Shown here in pieces: positions 28,427-36,724 of a stretch of DNA of 64,000 nt. The stretch is from the NCBI GenBank assembly GCA_947628135.1, contig CANQYT010000001.1, positions 129,285 through 193,284 of the forward strand. Direction: 5' to 3'. The notes under the pieces are model-generated. The model saw only the letters and a list, made by a program, of their open reading frames with translations, made no database searches and was not told the DNA's origin. Source of the DNA: an uncultured Clostridia bacterium. Its GTDB lineage: Bacteria > Bacillota > Clostridia > Christensenellales > CAG-314. The position numbers and the translations under genes are program-made. Within the stretch, counting starts at the first letter, position 1. Every line of letters starts with the position of its first letter.

Positions 28427-29989
28427 ATGGACAAACAAATAACAGCGCTTATCATTATGGACGGCTACGGTCTGTCCAAGCAGGCAAAGGGCAACGCGAT
28501 AGGGGTGGAATGTTCCCCCTACGTCAGGTATCTGATGCACACTTATCCCACCACGCAACTCAACGCCAGCGGTCTTGCCGTCGGCTTGCCGGAGGGGCAA
28601 ATGGGCAACAGCGAAGTTGGACACCTCAACATCGGCGCGGGCAGAGTCATCTATCAGGACCTCACCCGCATAACGAAATCCATCAACGACGGCGATTTCT
28701 TCGAAAACCCCGCTTTTCTTGCGGCGATAGATTCCGCCCTCAAAAACGGCGGCAAAATGCACTTGATGGGGCTTTGTTCCGACGGCGGAGTACATTCGCA
28801 CATCACGCACCTCTATGCGCTCATCGAACTGTGCAAGCGGCGCGGGCTGGACAACGTGTACGTGCATTGCTTTATGGACGGGCGCGACGTGTCGCCCACA
28901 AGCGGCGCGGGATACGTCCGCCAATTGCAAAACAAGATGGACGAGTTGAATTTCGGCGCGATAGCCACCGTTTGCGGCAGATACTATGCAATGGACCGCG
29001 ACAACCGTTGGGATCGCGTGGAAAAGGCGTACGATATGCTGTTGGGCAATTGCGACAACAGGGCGGACAACGCCGTTGACGCATTGGAAGCAAGTTACGC
29101 TCAGGGCGTAACGGACGAATTTGTACTGCCCACGGTGATTACAAGGGAGGGCTCGCCCGTTGCCACGGTGGAAAACGGCGACAGCGTCATCTTCTTCAAC
29201 TTCCGTCCCGACCGCGCCCGCGAGATGACCCGCGCGTTCACCCAAAGCGGTTTCGACGGTTTTTCACTGCACGGCAAACAACGCCGCGTGCATTGGGTGT
29301 GTATGACGCAGTACGACGAAAAGTTCGAGGGCGTCGACGTTGCTTACCGTCCCGAAACCTACGTCAACACGTTGGGCGAATATCTTGCCAAGTTGGGCAA
29401 AACTCAACTTCGCATTGCGGAAACGGAAAAATACGCGCACGTCACTTTCTTCTTCAACGGAGGAGTGGAAGCCCCCAACGACAACGAAAGCCGTATCCTC
29501 GTGCCCTCTCCCAAGGTAGCCACTTACGATTTGCAGCCGGAAATGTCCGCGGAGGAAGTGTGCAACCGCGCGATGGCGGAAGTGGAAAAGGGCAAATACG
29601 ACGTAATGATACTCAACTACGCCAACTGCGATATGGTGGGGCACACGGGCGTAATTCCCGCGGCGGAAAAAGCCGTCGCCACGGTGGACCAATGCGTGCG
29701 CCGTCTTGTGGAGTGCATACTCAGCAATGGCGGCAGAGCGTTCGTCACGGCGGACCACGGCAACGCGGAAAAAATGCTGGACGACGACGGACAGCCTTTC
29801 ACCGCGCATACCACCAACAAAGTGCCTTTCATTCTCGTGGACGAGCAGTTGCGGGGCAAAGCAACGCTGATAGAGGGCAACTTGTGCGACATCGCGCCCA
29901 CAATGCTGTACGTAATGGGCGAACCTATCCCGCAGGAAATGACGGGAAAGGTGCTTATCACGCGCAAACGCAGCAGAACCGCGCGCTGA
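28427..29989 (+). CDS. gpmI: 2,3-bisphosphoglycerate-independent phosphoglycerate mutase
   Basis: 520 aa. IIMDGYG, MGNSEVGHLNIGAGR and ADHGNAE motifs. Confidence 0.95.
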   Translation: MDKQITALIIMDGYGLSKQAKGNAIGVECSPYVRYLMHTYPTTQLNASGLAVGLPEGQMGNSEVGHLNIGAGRVIYQDLTRITKSINDGDFFENPAFLAAIDSALKNGGKMHLMGLCSDGGVHSHITHLYALIELCKRRGLDNVYVHCFMDGRDVSPTSGAGYVRQLQNKMDELNFGAIATVCGRYYAMDRDNRWDRVEKAYDMLLGNCDNRADNAVDALEASYAQGVTDEFVLPTVITREGSPVATVENGDSVIFFNFRPDRAREMTRAFTQSGFDGFSLHGKQRRVHWVCMTQYDEKFEGVDVAYRPETYVNTLGEYLAKLGKTQLRIAETEKYAHVTFFFNGGVEAPNDNESRILVPSPKVATYDLQPEMSAEEVCNRAMAEVEKGKYDVMILNYANCDMVGHTGVIPAAEKAVATVDQCVRRLVECILSNGGRAFVTADHGNAEKMLDDDGQPFTAHTTNKVPFILVDEQLRGKATLIEGNLCDIAPTMLYVMGEPIPQEMTGKVLITRKRSRTAR

Positions 29990-30124
29990 CGGCGCAAAGT
30001 CAACTTAATTTCGATTTTTATTTGAAATAAGTTGCAAAATAGTGCGCGCTGTGCTACAATATACAAGCGTAACAAGCGACAAAAGGGCAGAACGCGCCCT
30101 TTTATATAGACGGAGGTCACAAAA

Positions 30125-30418
30125 GTGTTGAATTTTATTGCGTCTACGGCGGACGTAGTAGCCGGTATCCGAATCGCCCTCGCGGCAATCATCTTGATCG
30201 CCATCGGTTTCATAATTTTCGTAGTGATGAAGCAATCGGGCAACTCCGACGGTACGGAAGCCTTCACGGGCGGCTCAAAGTCCGACGACAACGAGTCCTA
30301 CTACGGCAAAAACGCAGGTTCGCGCCTCGAAGCGCGTCTCAAACTGTGGACGTACATTTGTGCGGGCGTAGTTGCGGTTTGCTGCATTGCCCTCATCATT
30401 ATGGCAGCGGTCTTGTAA
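30125..30418 (+). CDS. secG: preprotein translocase subunit SecG (long form)
   Basis: 97 aa, GTG start after GGAGG. Two TM helices flank a G/S-rich loop (KQSGNSDGTEAFTGGSKSD). Sits between gpmI and rnr, as in Bacillus. Confidence 0.65.
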   Translation: MLNFIASTADVVAGIRIALAAIILIAIGFIIFVVMKQSGNSDGTEAFTGGSKSDDNESYYGKNAGSRLEARLKLWTYICAGVVAVCCIALIIMAAVL

Positions 30419-30523
30419 CGTAACGGAAACTTCTCTCTTGGCGACTAACGTAAGTTTAGCCGCCTTTTTTGTAGGCGCGCCGCCGTTGCGTAAAAACAAA
30501 CGAAAGAGGATACAATTTTACAA

Positions 30524-32626
30524 ATGGATATCACACAACAACTTTACGAAATATTGAGCAATTCGCATAGCGATTGGTTTTCGACAAAGCAACTGTACGA
30601 AATGCTTCACGCCCGCACCCCTGCCGAACGTAAAGAAGCGGCGGCGGCGCTTCGCCGTATGCGGGAAGAGCGTCTGCTTGTGTACGACAAGCGCAACAAC
30701 CGCTACCGCAAGGTGACGGACAGAGATTTCGGCACGGCTGTTTTTCAGTCGAACGCCAAAGGCTTCGGTTTTCTGCTTGTGGAAGGGGGCGACGACTTGT
30801 TCGTTCCTCCCAACAAAACAAACGGCGCGTTTCACCGCGACAAAGTGCTGTACCGCAAGACGGACGGCGCGCGCGGCGAGGCGGAGGTAGTCAAGGTGTT
30901 GGAGCGCGGTATGCCCCGCCTTGTCGGCACGTATTGCAAAAGCAGAACTTCGCGTTTCGTCTCTCCCGACGAACGGCGTTTCGTAAGCGACGTATATATT
31001 CCCCCGAAAAGGGATATGGGGGCGCAAAACGGACAAAAAGTAGTCGTGCGCGTAACCTATTACCCCCGCGACAACCGCAACGACGCCGAGGGGGAAATAG
31101 TCTCCGTGTTGGGCTTCCCCGACGAACGCAACGTAGATATGCTTTCCGTCGCGGCGAACTACAATCTTTCGCAGACCTTCCCCGAAGCGGCGGAAAAAGC
31201 CGCCCGCGCCCTCCCGCAGAAAGTGACCGCAAGCGACCTTGTCGGCAGGCGCGATCTGCGCGGCGAGCGCATATTTACCATCGACGGCGAGGACGCAAAA
31301 GACCTTGACGACGCAGTCGGTATCACGCAAAACGCCGACGGCAGTTTCACTTTGGGCGTACACATCGCGGACGTAAGTCACTACGTACCGCTCGGCGGCG
31401 AAGTGGATAGCGCGGCGTTCGAGCGGGGCACAAGCGTCTACTTTCCGCAGACGGTGTTTCCTATGCTGCCCACGCCTCTCAGCAACGGCATATGTTCGCT
31501 GTACGAGGGGGAGGACAGGCTCGCTCTCTCCTGCGTAATGCGCATAACGGGCGGCGGCGAAGTCGCGGACTTCCAACTGTTCCCGTCGGTAATACGCAGT
31601 TGTCACCGAATGACTTACGCCGACGTGCAGAGTATTCTGGACGGCGACAAGGCGCTTGCCTCGCGCTACTCGGACATAACGCCCGACCTTTTCGCAATGG
31701 ACAGGCTCGCCCGAATACTTTCCGACAGGCGCGGCAAACTCGGCAACATACCCTTTGCCACGCGCGAAGTGAGTTTTGTGTACGACGATGACGGCGAAGT
31801 GATGGACGTAGTTCCGGCGGAGAACGGCTTTTCCCACGAGATAATAGAGCAGTTTATGCTTGCCGCCAACGAAACCGCGGCGCGTTTTGCAAGGGAGTCG
31901 GGCTGTCCCTTTGTGTACCGCGTCCACGCCAAGCCCGATTCGGACAAACTCGACGTTTTGTTTGCGCTTATGCGCAGTTTGGGCATAGACGTCAAACGTC
32001 CCAAGCGGTACGACAACGCTGTTTTGCAGGACGCGCTTGCAAAGGCGTCGCAAACGCCCTATTTTGCGCTTGTCAACGACGTAATGCTTCGTTCTATGCA
32101 GAAAGCAGAGTACAGCGACGTCAACAAAGGACATTTCGGTCTGGCTTCCGATTGCTACTGTCATTTCACCTCGCCGATACGTCGATATGCCGATCTCACC
32201 GTTCACCGTATGATAAAGCGCGCGCTAAGCGGCGACCCCCGTTTCACTGCCGACGACAGACGAATCTGCCGAGAGGCGGCATTGCGCGCAAGCGCCCGCG
32301 AAAAGTCCGCCGACGAAGCGGAGCGCAAAGCGGACGACGTAAAGAAGTGCGCCTACGCCTCGCGCATAGTGGGCAAGGAGTTCGAAGCGGTCGTAAGCGG
32401 CGTAACCGAGTGCGGACTGTTTGCGGAACTGCCCAACACCGTGGAAGGCTTCCTTTCCGCCGACAAATTGGGCGCGGTGCAGTACGACGCGGATAGGTTT
32501 TGTTTGCGGTGCGCTTCGGGCAGGTACAGCCTCGGCGACAAAGTGCGCGTGCGCGTCTCGTCGGTGGACAGGCAGGCTTGCCGAATAGATTTCGACCTCG
32601 CCCCGCAAAAAGTACCCGCAAAGTAG
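30524..32626 (+). CDS. rnr: ribonuclease R
   Basis: 700 aa. RNB domain motifs (TIDGEDAKDLDDAV, HFTSPIRRYADL) and a C-terminal S1 domain. Confidence 0.95.
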   Translation: MDITQQLYEILSNSHSDWFSTKQLYEMLHARTPAERKEAAAALRRMREERLLVYDKRNNRYRKVTDRDFGTAVFQSNAKGFGFLLVEGGDDLFVPPNKTNGAFHRDKVLYRKTDGARGEAEVVKVLERGMPRLVGTYCKSRTSRFVSPDERRFVSDVYIPPKRDMGAQNGQKVVVRVTYYPRDNRNDAEGEIVSVLGFPDERNVDMLSVAANYNLSQTFPEAAEKAARALPQKVTASDLVGRRDLRGERIFTIDGEDAKDLDDAVGITQNADGSFTLGVHIADVSHYVPLGGEVDSAAFERGTSVYFPQTVFPMLPTPLSNGICSLYEGEDRLALSCVMRITGGGEVADFQLFPSVIRSCHRMTYADVQSILDGDKALASRYSDITPDLFAMDRLARILSDRRGKLGNIPFATREVSFVYDDDGEVMDVVPAENGFSHEIIEQFMLAANETAARFARESGCPFVYRVHAKPDSDKLDVLFALMRSLGIDVKRPKRYDNAVLQDALAKASQTPYFALVNDVMLRSMQKAEYSDVNKGHFGLASDCYCHFTSPIRRYADLTVHRMIKRALSGDPRFTADDRRICREAALRASAREKSADEAERKADDVKKCAYASRIVGKEFEAVVSGVTECGLFAELPNTVEGFLSADKLGAVQYDADRFCLRCASGRYSLGDKVRVRVSSVDRQACRIDFDLAPQKVPAK

Positions 32627-32719
32627 CAAAAAGTCGCCCTGTGTTTACTTAAAGTTTACCTTTGTATAGTATTATGTAAAATACAATAGAGGGCATTTGC
32701 CCGCAGAGGTACGGTACTG

Positions 32720-33178
32720 ATGATAGACAAAATTCTCCCTTGGATAGGCGGCGTGTTCGCCGTCGTGGGGTTGATACTGATATTCTTCGACGTAATTTCC
32801 ACCATCAAACGCCGCGACAAAACCAAGACCAACATCGTGGGTCTCGTACTGTTGTCCGTCGGCGTAGTGGGTTACGCCGTCACGGATCTCATTCTGCCCG
32901 CGGCAATGCCCGACGGCAGCGGTTGGCCCGCCCTCGCCTCCCTTGTGTGGATAGTGATGTTTTGGGTGTACGTGGTGTTGGACGCGGTCACAACTTGGGG
33001 CGACATACGCGTTGCGCACCGCAAAAAAAAGCAACGCCGCGCCGACGAACAAATTTCCCACCCCGACGCTCGGGGCGACGAAGCGGTGGAGGAGGCGGAG
33101 CGCCTTTGGGAGGAACACTCGCACGATTTGGTGCAGGAGGAACAATTGCAGTCGGAGCAATCCGCCGACAAACGCTGA
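32720..33178 (+). CDS. hypothetical membrane protein
   Basis: 152 aa. Three TM segments followed by a charged C-terminal tail. Confidence 0.5.
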   Translation: MIDKILPWIGGVFAVVGLILIFFDVISTIKRRDKTKTNIVGLVLLSVGVVGYAVTDLILPAAMPDGSGWPALASLVWIVMFWVYVVLDAVTTWGDIRVAHRKKKQRRADEQISHPDARGDEAVEEAERLWEEHSHDLVQEEQLQSEQSADKR

Positions 33179-33194
33179 CAAACGCTGACAAACT

Positions 33195-33653
33195 ATGACT
33201 AAACTTATTTCCACCAACAAAAAAGCCTATCGCGACTACACCGTAGTCGAAACGTTGGAGTGCGGAGTCAACCTCATCGGTTGCGAAGTCAAATCTTTGC
33301 GCAAAGGCGAAGTCAACCTCGCCGATTCTTGGTGTCGCATAACCAACGGCACGCTGATTCTCGTCAACTGCCACATAAAAAACTACGACAAAGGCAGTTA
33401 CAGCAACGTAGAGTCCCGCAGGGACAGGCGTTTGCTTGCGCACAAACGGGAAGTTATGCGCCTGCTCGGCAAGGTAAAGGAAAAGGGCTATTCCGTCGTA
33501 CCCACCAAGTTGTATTTCAAGGACAGCCTCGTCAAGGTGGAAGTCGCCCTCGTCAAAGGCAAGCGCAACTACGACAAAAAGGAAGCCATTCGCAACAAGG
33601 ACGTGGAACGCGACGTTCAGCGAGTATTAAAAGACTATTCGGAATCACGTTAG
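33195..33653 (+). CDS. smpB: SsrA-binding protein
   Basis: 152 aa. NKKAYRDYTVVETLECGVNLIGCEVKSLR...LLAHKRE. Confidence 0.95.
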   Translation: MTKLISTNKKAYRDYTVVETLECGVNLIGCEVKSLRKGEVNLADSWCRITNGTLILVNCHIKNYDKGSYSNVESRRDRRLLAHKREVMRLLGKVKEKGYSVVPTKLYFKDSLVKVEVALVKGKRNYDKKEAIRNKDVERDVQRVLKDYSESR

Positions 33654-33655
33654 AT

Positions 33656-33968
33656 TTTCCGACCACACGTGCGGCGGTCGATTGCTTGCTACTGCGTAAC
33701 GCTTGCGCAATCGACGGTTAAATAGACAACATTTACAAAACCGACTTCCTCGTCCGAAGTCGGTTTCTTTTTATACAGTGAGTAACATTATCCTGTGCGC
33801 TAACGCGCCGCCGCAGTCGGACTTGGGAGTGGTGCAGGAAACCTGCACGGTCGGATAAACCTTTCGCCGGGGTCTCCCATACCCCCGGCATCCCCGGGGA
33901 GGACGCAAAGCTTCGGTACACGCCCGAACTTTGCGGAGTTTGGTTGAAACTTTCCGACCACACGTGCG
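33656..33968. repeat. 18-nt perfect direct repeats (TTTCCGACCACACGTGCG) bracketing a 277-bp segment
   Basis: Copies at 33656-33673 and 33951-33968 (period 295 bp). The enclosed segment holds a terminator hairpin and, at 33863-33899 on the minus strand, a 37-nt GC-rich motif also present at 41309-41345. Confidence 0.8.
33741..33772 (+). terminator. rho-independent terminator downstream of smpB
   Basis: Hairpin CCGACTTC-ctcgtcc-GAAGTCGG followed by TTTCTTTTT. Confidence 0.75.
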
Positions 33969-34039
33969 ACAAGTCGTATCGGGTATTCGGTGAAAAAAGG
34001 CTTCACTTCGTGTGCCGCACCTAACAGGGTGCGGCACAC

Positions 34040-35095
34040 TTGTTGCAGATTATTCACATCAACTTGCAACTCAAAAAAGACCTTCCCCGTCACGGGTAAG
34101 CCGTTACGGGGAAGGGGGACTGCGCTCCGCGCGGTGGAAGAGGGATACTCGAAATCAACAATATCCATATTTTTCTCCTTACTCTCTACAACTTTGTCCG
34201 CAGGAAACTTATATTGTATCGCAATCGACCTTATTAACCTTCCCCGTCACGGGTAAGCCGTTACGGGGAAGGTGTCGCCCGACGGGCGACGGAAGAGGGG
34301 TTCTTTGAAACCAACTTACTTCTTTGCCCCCCCCCCTCTTTCGTCTGCTACGCAGCCACCTTCCCCGAAAGTCGCGCTTGCGCTGTTGACTGTCGGGGAA
34401 GGTCTGTTGCTAAACTGCACTTATGACTGCAAATACAGTGTGTTTTTGAGACGTTGTTTTTGTTATCGGTAAAATTGACAAAACAAGTGTAATTTGTTTT
34501 TTCTCTCACTCTGTCTACAACAACTTACATTAAACACTTTCCAACTTGTCTATATTCTTTTTCTCTCACCCCGTCCGCAGGATACCCACATCAACTCGCA
34601 ACTCAAAAAAAACCGTCCCCGTCAATTACGCACCGCGGAATTTACGGGGAAGGTGTCGCCCGACGGGCGACGGAAGAGGGTTTTATTGAAACCAACTTTT
34701 TTGCCCCCTCTTTCGTCTGCTACGCAGCCACCTTCCCCGAAAGTCGCGCTTGCGCTGTTGACTGTCGGGGAAGGTCTGTTGCCGAATTGCACTTATGACT
34801 GTAAATACAAGTGTGTTTTTGAGACGTTGTTTTTGTTATCAGTTGAATATACAAAACGGTGTAATTTGTTTTCTCTCACCCCGTCCGCAGGAAACCCACA
34901 TCAACTCGCAACTCAAAAAAAACCGTCCCCGTCAATTACGCATAGCGGAATTTACGGGGACGGGGGACTGCGCTCCGCGCGGTGGAAGAGGGCTTTTCCG
35001 AACCCAACTGTTTTTATCTCCAAGTCGGCGCGGCGCGCCCCGCAGGGGGCGGTAAGCCCAATGTCCAAAGTCGGGACGCAAAAACAAGTTTTTAC
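34040..35095 (+). repeat. modular hairpin-repeat array A (4 units)
   Basis: Heads GTCCGCAGGA(A/T)AC at 34196, 34573 and 34883, plus a head-less first unit. The hairpin CC(G/T)TCCCCGT...ACGGGGA(A/C)GG occurs 4 times. Two units carry the long second hairpin CCTTCCCCGAAAGTCGCGCTTGCGCTGTTGACTGTCGGGGAAGG. No plausible CDS. Confidence 0.9.
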
Positions 35096-35100
35096 ACTAT

Positions 35101-35616
35101 TTATAGAGTATTCGCCTCAACATTTGACATAGAGCCATTTTGTTTGCGCATAGTTTTCACCGCAACGGCGGACAGCGCCAGCACAGTTGCGATCAGCGCA
35201 ATGTTCACGGCGGGTACTACCGCAAACAAAGCCGAAATCTCAACCAACAGGAAACTGTACACGCTGTAAACAGTCACAAGCGCAGCGGAAATGCAAACCA
35301 CCACAAGGCACGCAACTATTGCGCCGTACTTCTTGCCGTTGCAAAGCAGTACTATCCACACGACGGCAAGCGCAATGGCGGGTGGCAACGCCGTGAAGAA
35401 CCACAACACAACGATAACCATCGCGCCCAAAACCTGTCCCAACGCCTCGCCCAGTTCCTCCGAGGTCGTTGTTTCCGTCTCGCTTGGGGCGGTCTCGGTT
35501 TGCGAGCCGTTGCTCGCCGATATGAGCGCAGGCGTAATCACAAACGAAGCCAACAGCCACACGATGAGTATCGGCAGCAAAATTTTCAAAGCCGTTACAG
35601 AACGTAAGTTTTTCAT
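35101..35616 (-). CDS. hypothetical integral membrane protein
   Basis: 171 aa. Signal/TM at the N-terminus, a T/E-rich linker, then three or four TM helices. Confidence 0.55.
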   Translation of the reverse strand: MKNLRSVTALKILLPILIVWLLASFVITPALISASNGSQTETAPSETETTTSEELGEALGQVLGAMVIVVLWFFTALPPAIALAVVWIVLLCNGKKYGAIVACLVVVCISAALVTVYSVYSFLLVEISALFAVVPAVNIALIATVLALSAVAVKTMRKQNGSMSNVEANTL

Positions 35617-35699
35617 ATCTACCTCCGCAAAAATGTTGTAACGTTGCCGAGTTTAGCACTTTTTATGTGCAAAGTCAACACCTTTCGTCAAAATATTTT

Positions 35700-36353
35700 T
35701 TACTGCTTGTCTTGCTCGTCCCTTTCGCTTTGCGTTTCGCCGTCCCTTTCGGCAATCATTTTGCGCAGTTTGCTTGCGTGGTAGTAGCAGTTGCAGCGGC
35801 TCAGTCCCAACTGCTCGCTCACCTGCGCAATGGTCAACTTGTCCGCAAAGTACAGCGCAAACACCTGTACAAACTGTTCTGAGTAGCGGCTTTGCGGACG
35901 TCCGAAACGCACCCCGCGCAGTTTTGCGGAGGCAATGCCCTCTTTCTGCCGTTGGCGTATGTTTTGCCGTTCGTTTTCCGCCACAAAGGACAGCACCTGC
36001 AACACCACGTCGGAAATAAACTTTCCCATCAGGTTGTCCGTTCTTTCCCTTGTGTCCAACACAGGCATATCCAGCACCGCAATGTCCGCGCCTATTTCCC
36101 GAGTAATCGCTTTCCATTCTTCTATTATCGCGTCGTAATTTCTTCCCAACCTGTCAATGGACTTTATCACCAGCAAATCGTCCTTTTTCAGCACGGCAAG
36201 CAGTCGTGCGTACTGTTCCCGTTCGAAGTCTTTTCCGCTTTGCTTGTCCACAAAGACGTTTTGTTCGTCAATTCCCATCTGCGCAAATGCGTCCAACTGC
36301 CTCGCCACACACTGATCCTGCGAGGAGACCCTCGCGTAAGCATACATCGTCAT
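35700..36353 (-). CDS. serine recombinase, resolvase/invertase (Hin/Gin/Tn3-resolvase) type
   Basis: 217 aa. N-terminal catalytic domain YAYARVSSQDQ (catalytic Ser), LLVIKSIDRLGRN, ENERQNIRQRQKEGI, and a C-terminal HTH (LTIAQVSEQLGLSRCNCYY). Confidence 0.9.
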   Translation of the reverse strand: MTMYAYARVSSQDQCVARQLDAFAQMGIDEQNVFVDKQSGKDFEREQYARLLAVLKKDDLLVIKSIDRLGRNYDAIIEEWKAITREIGADIAVLDMPVLDTRERTDNLMGKFISDVVLQVLSFVAENERQNIRQRQKEGIASAKLRGVRFGRPQSRYSEQFVQVFALYFADKLTIAQVSEQLGLSRCNCYYHASKLRKMIAERDGETQSERDEQDKQ

Positions 36354-36494
36354 AATTGTACTTTTATCCTCCTTGATTTTGTTTTGACGAATTTCTCGCC
36401 GCTTTCGGCAAGTTGATATCTATTTTAGCCAAATTTTCCGAGATTTCAAACCGTGTTGTCGAAAAAAACGAAAAATTGAAAAAAAATTTCAAAA

Positions 36495-36514
36495 AAAAGT
36501 AGGATTTAACTAAC
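36495..36514. repeat. left inverted repeat of the candidate invertible promoter segment
   Basis: AAAAGTAGGATTTAACTAAC. The reverse complement of 36668-36687 is AAAAGTAGGATTTTCCTAAC. That is 18/20 matching, with a 13-bp perfect core. Confidence 0.6.
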
Positions 36515-36556
36515 TTTGACGAAACGTCGTATTTTTTTGCTCGTTTCAACGTCATA

Positions 36557-36577
36557 CCTGCCGTGAGGCGGGTTTTT
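36557..36577 (+). terminator. small plus-strand terminator inside the candidate invertible segment
   Basis: Hairpin CCTGCC-gtga-GGCGGG followed by TTTTT. The reverse strand has no T run after the hairpin, so it is unidirectional. Confidence 0.5.
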
Positions 36578-36630
36578 GCGGGCTTTTCGCCGCGCTTTGT
36601 GCCGTTGCAAAGCGAGTTTGCAATACATCT

Positions 36631-36659
36631 GTTATACACCAATCGATTTTCTTTGTCAA
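36631..36659 (-). promoter_or_regulatory. near-consensus sigma-A promoter on the minus strand inside the candidate invertible segment
   Basis: Reverse strand reads TTGACA (36659-36654), a 17-nt spacer, then TATAAC (36636-36631). It currently fires toward the recombinase gene and away from the 36725 operon. Confidence 0.6.
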
Positions 36660-36667
36660 TGATTTTT

Positions 36668-36687
36668 GTTAGGAAAATCCTACTTTT
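36668..36687. repeat. right inverted repeat of the candidate invertible promoter segment
   Basis: GTTAGGAAAATCCTACTTTT, the partner of 36495-36514. It ends 37 nt before the ATG at 36725. Confidence 0.6.
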
Positions 36688-36724
36688 ACTAACACTCGGA
36701 CGGCACGTAGAAAAGGGGGTAAAT

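Noticed and set aside
33654-34080. tmRNA (ssrA) immediately downstream of smpB.
   Set aside because: No GGGG...TTCGAC 5' acceptor or D-like start, no T-arm GGTTCGAnTCC, and no CCACCA 3' end on either strand. The GC-rich hairpins here instead belong to repeated elements also found at 41.3 kb.
34040-35095. CRISPR array interpretation of the GTCCGCAGGAAAC-headed repeats.
   Set aside because: Unit length is irregular (about 60 to 370 nt). The segments between heads are themselves conserved between units instead of being unique spacers. No cas genes are present in the window. The conserved part far exceeds a 25-40-nt repeat.
36354-36494. A fixed promoter for the recombinase between its ATG and the left inverted repeat.
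   Set aside because: The A/T-rich stretch contains several weak hexamers, but no -35/-10 pair with 16-18-nt spacing that I could defend. The question is left open.
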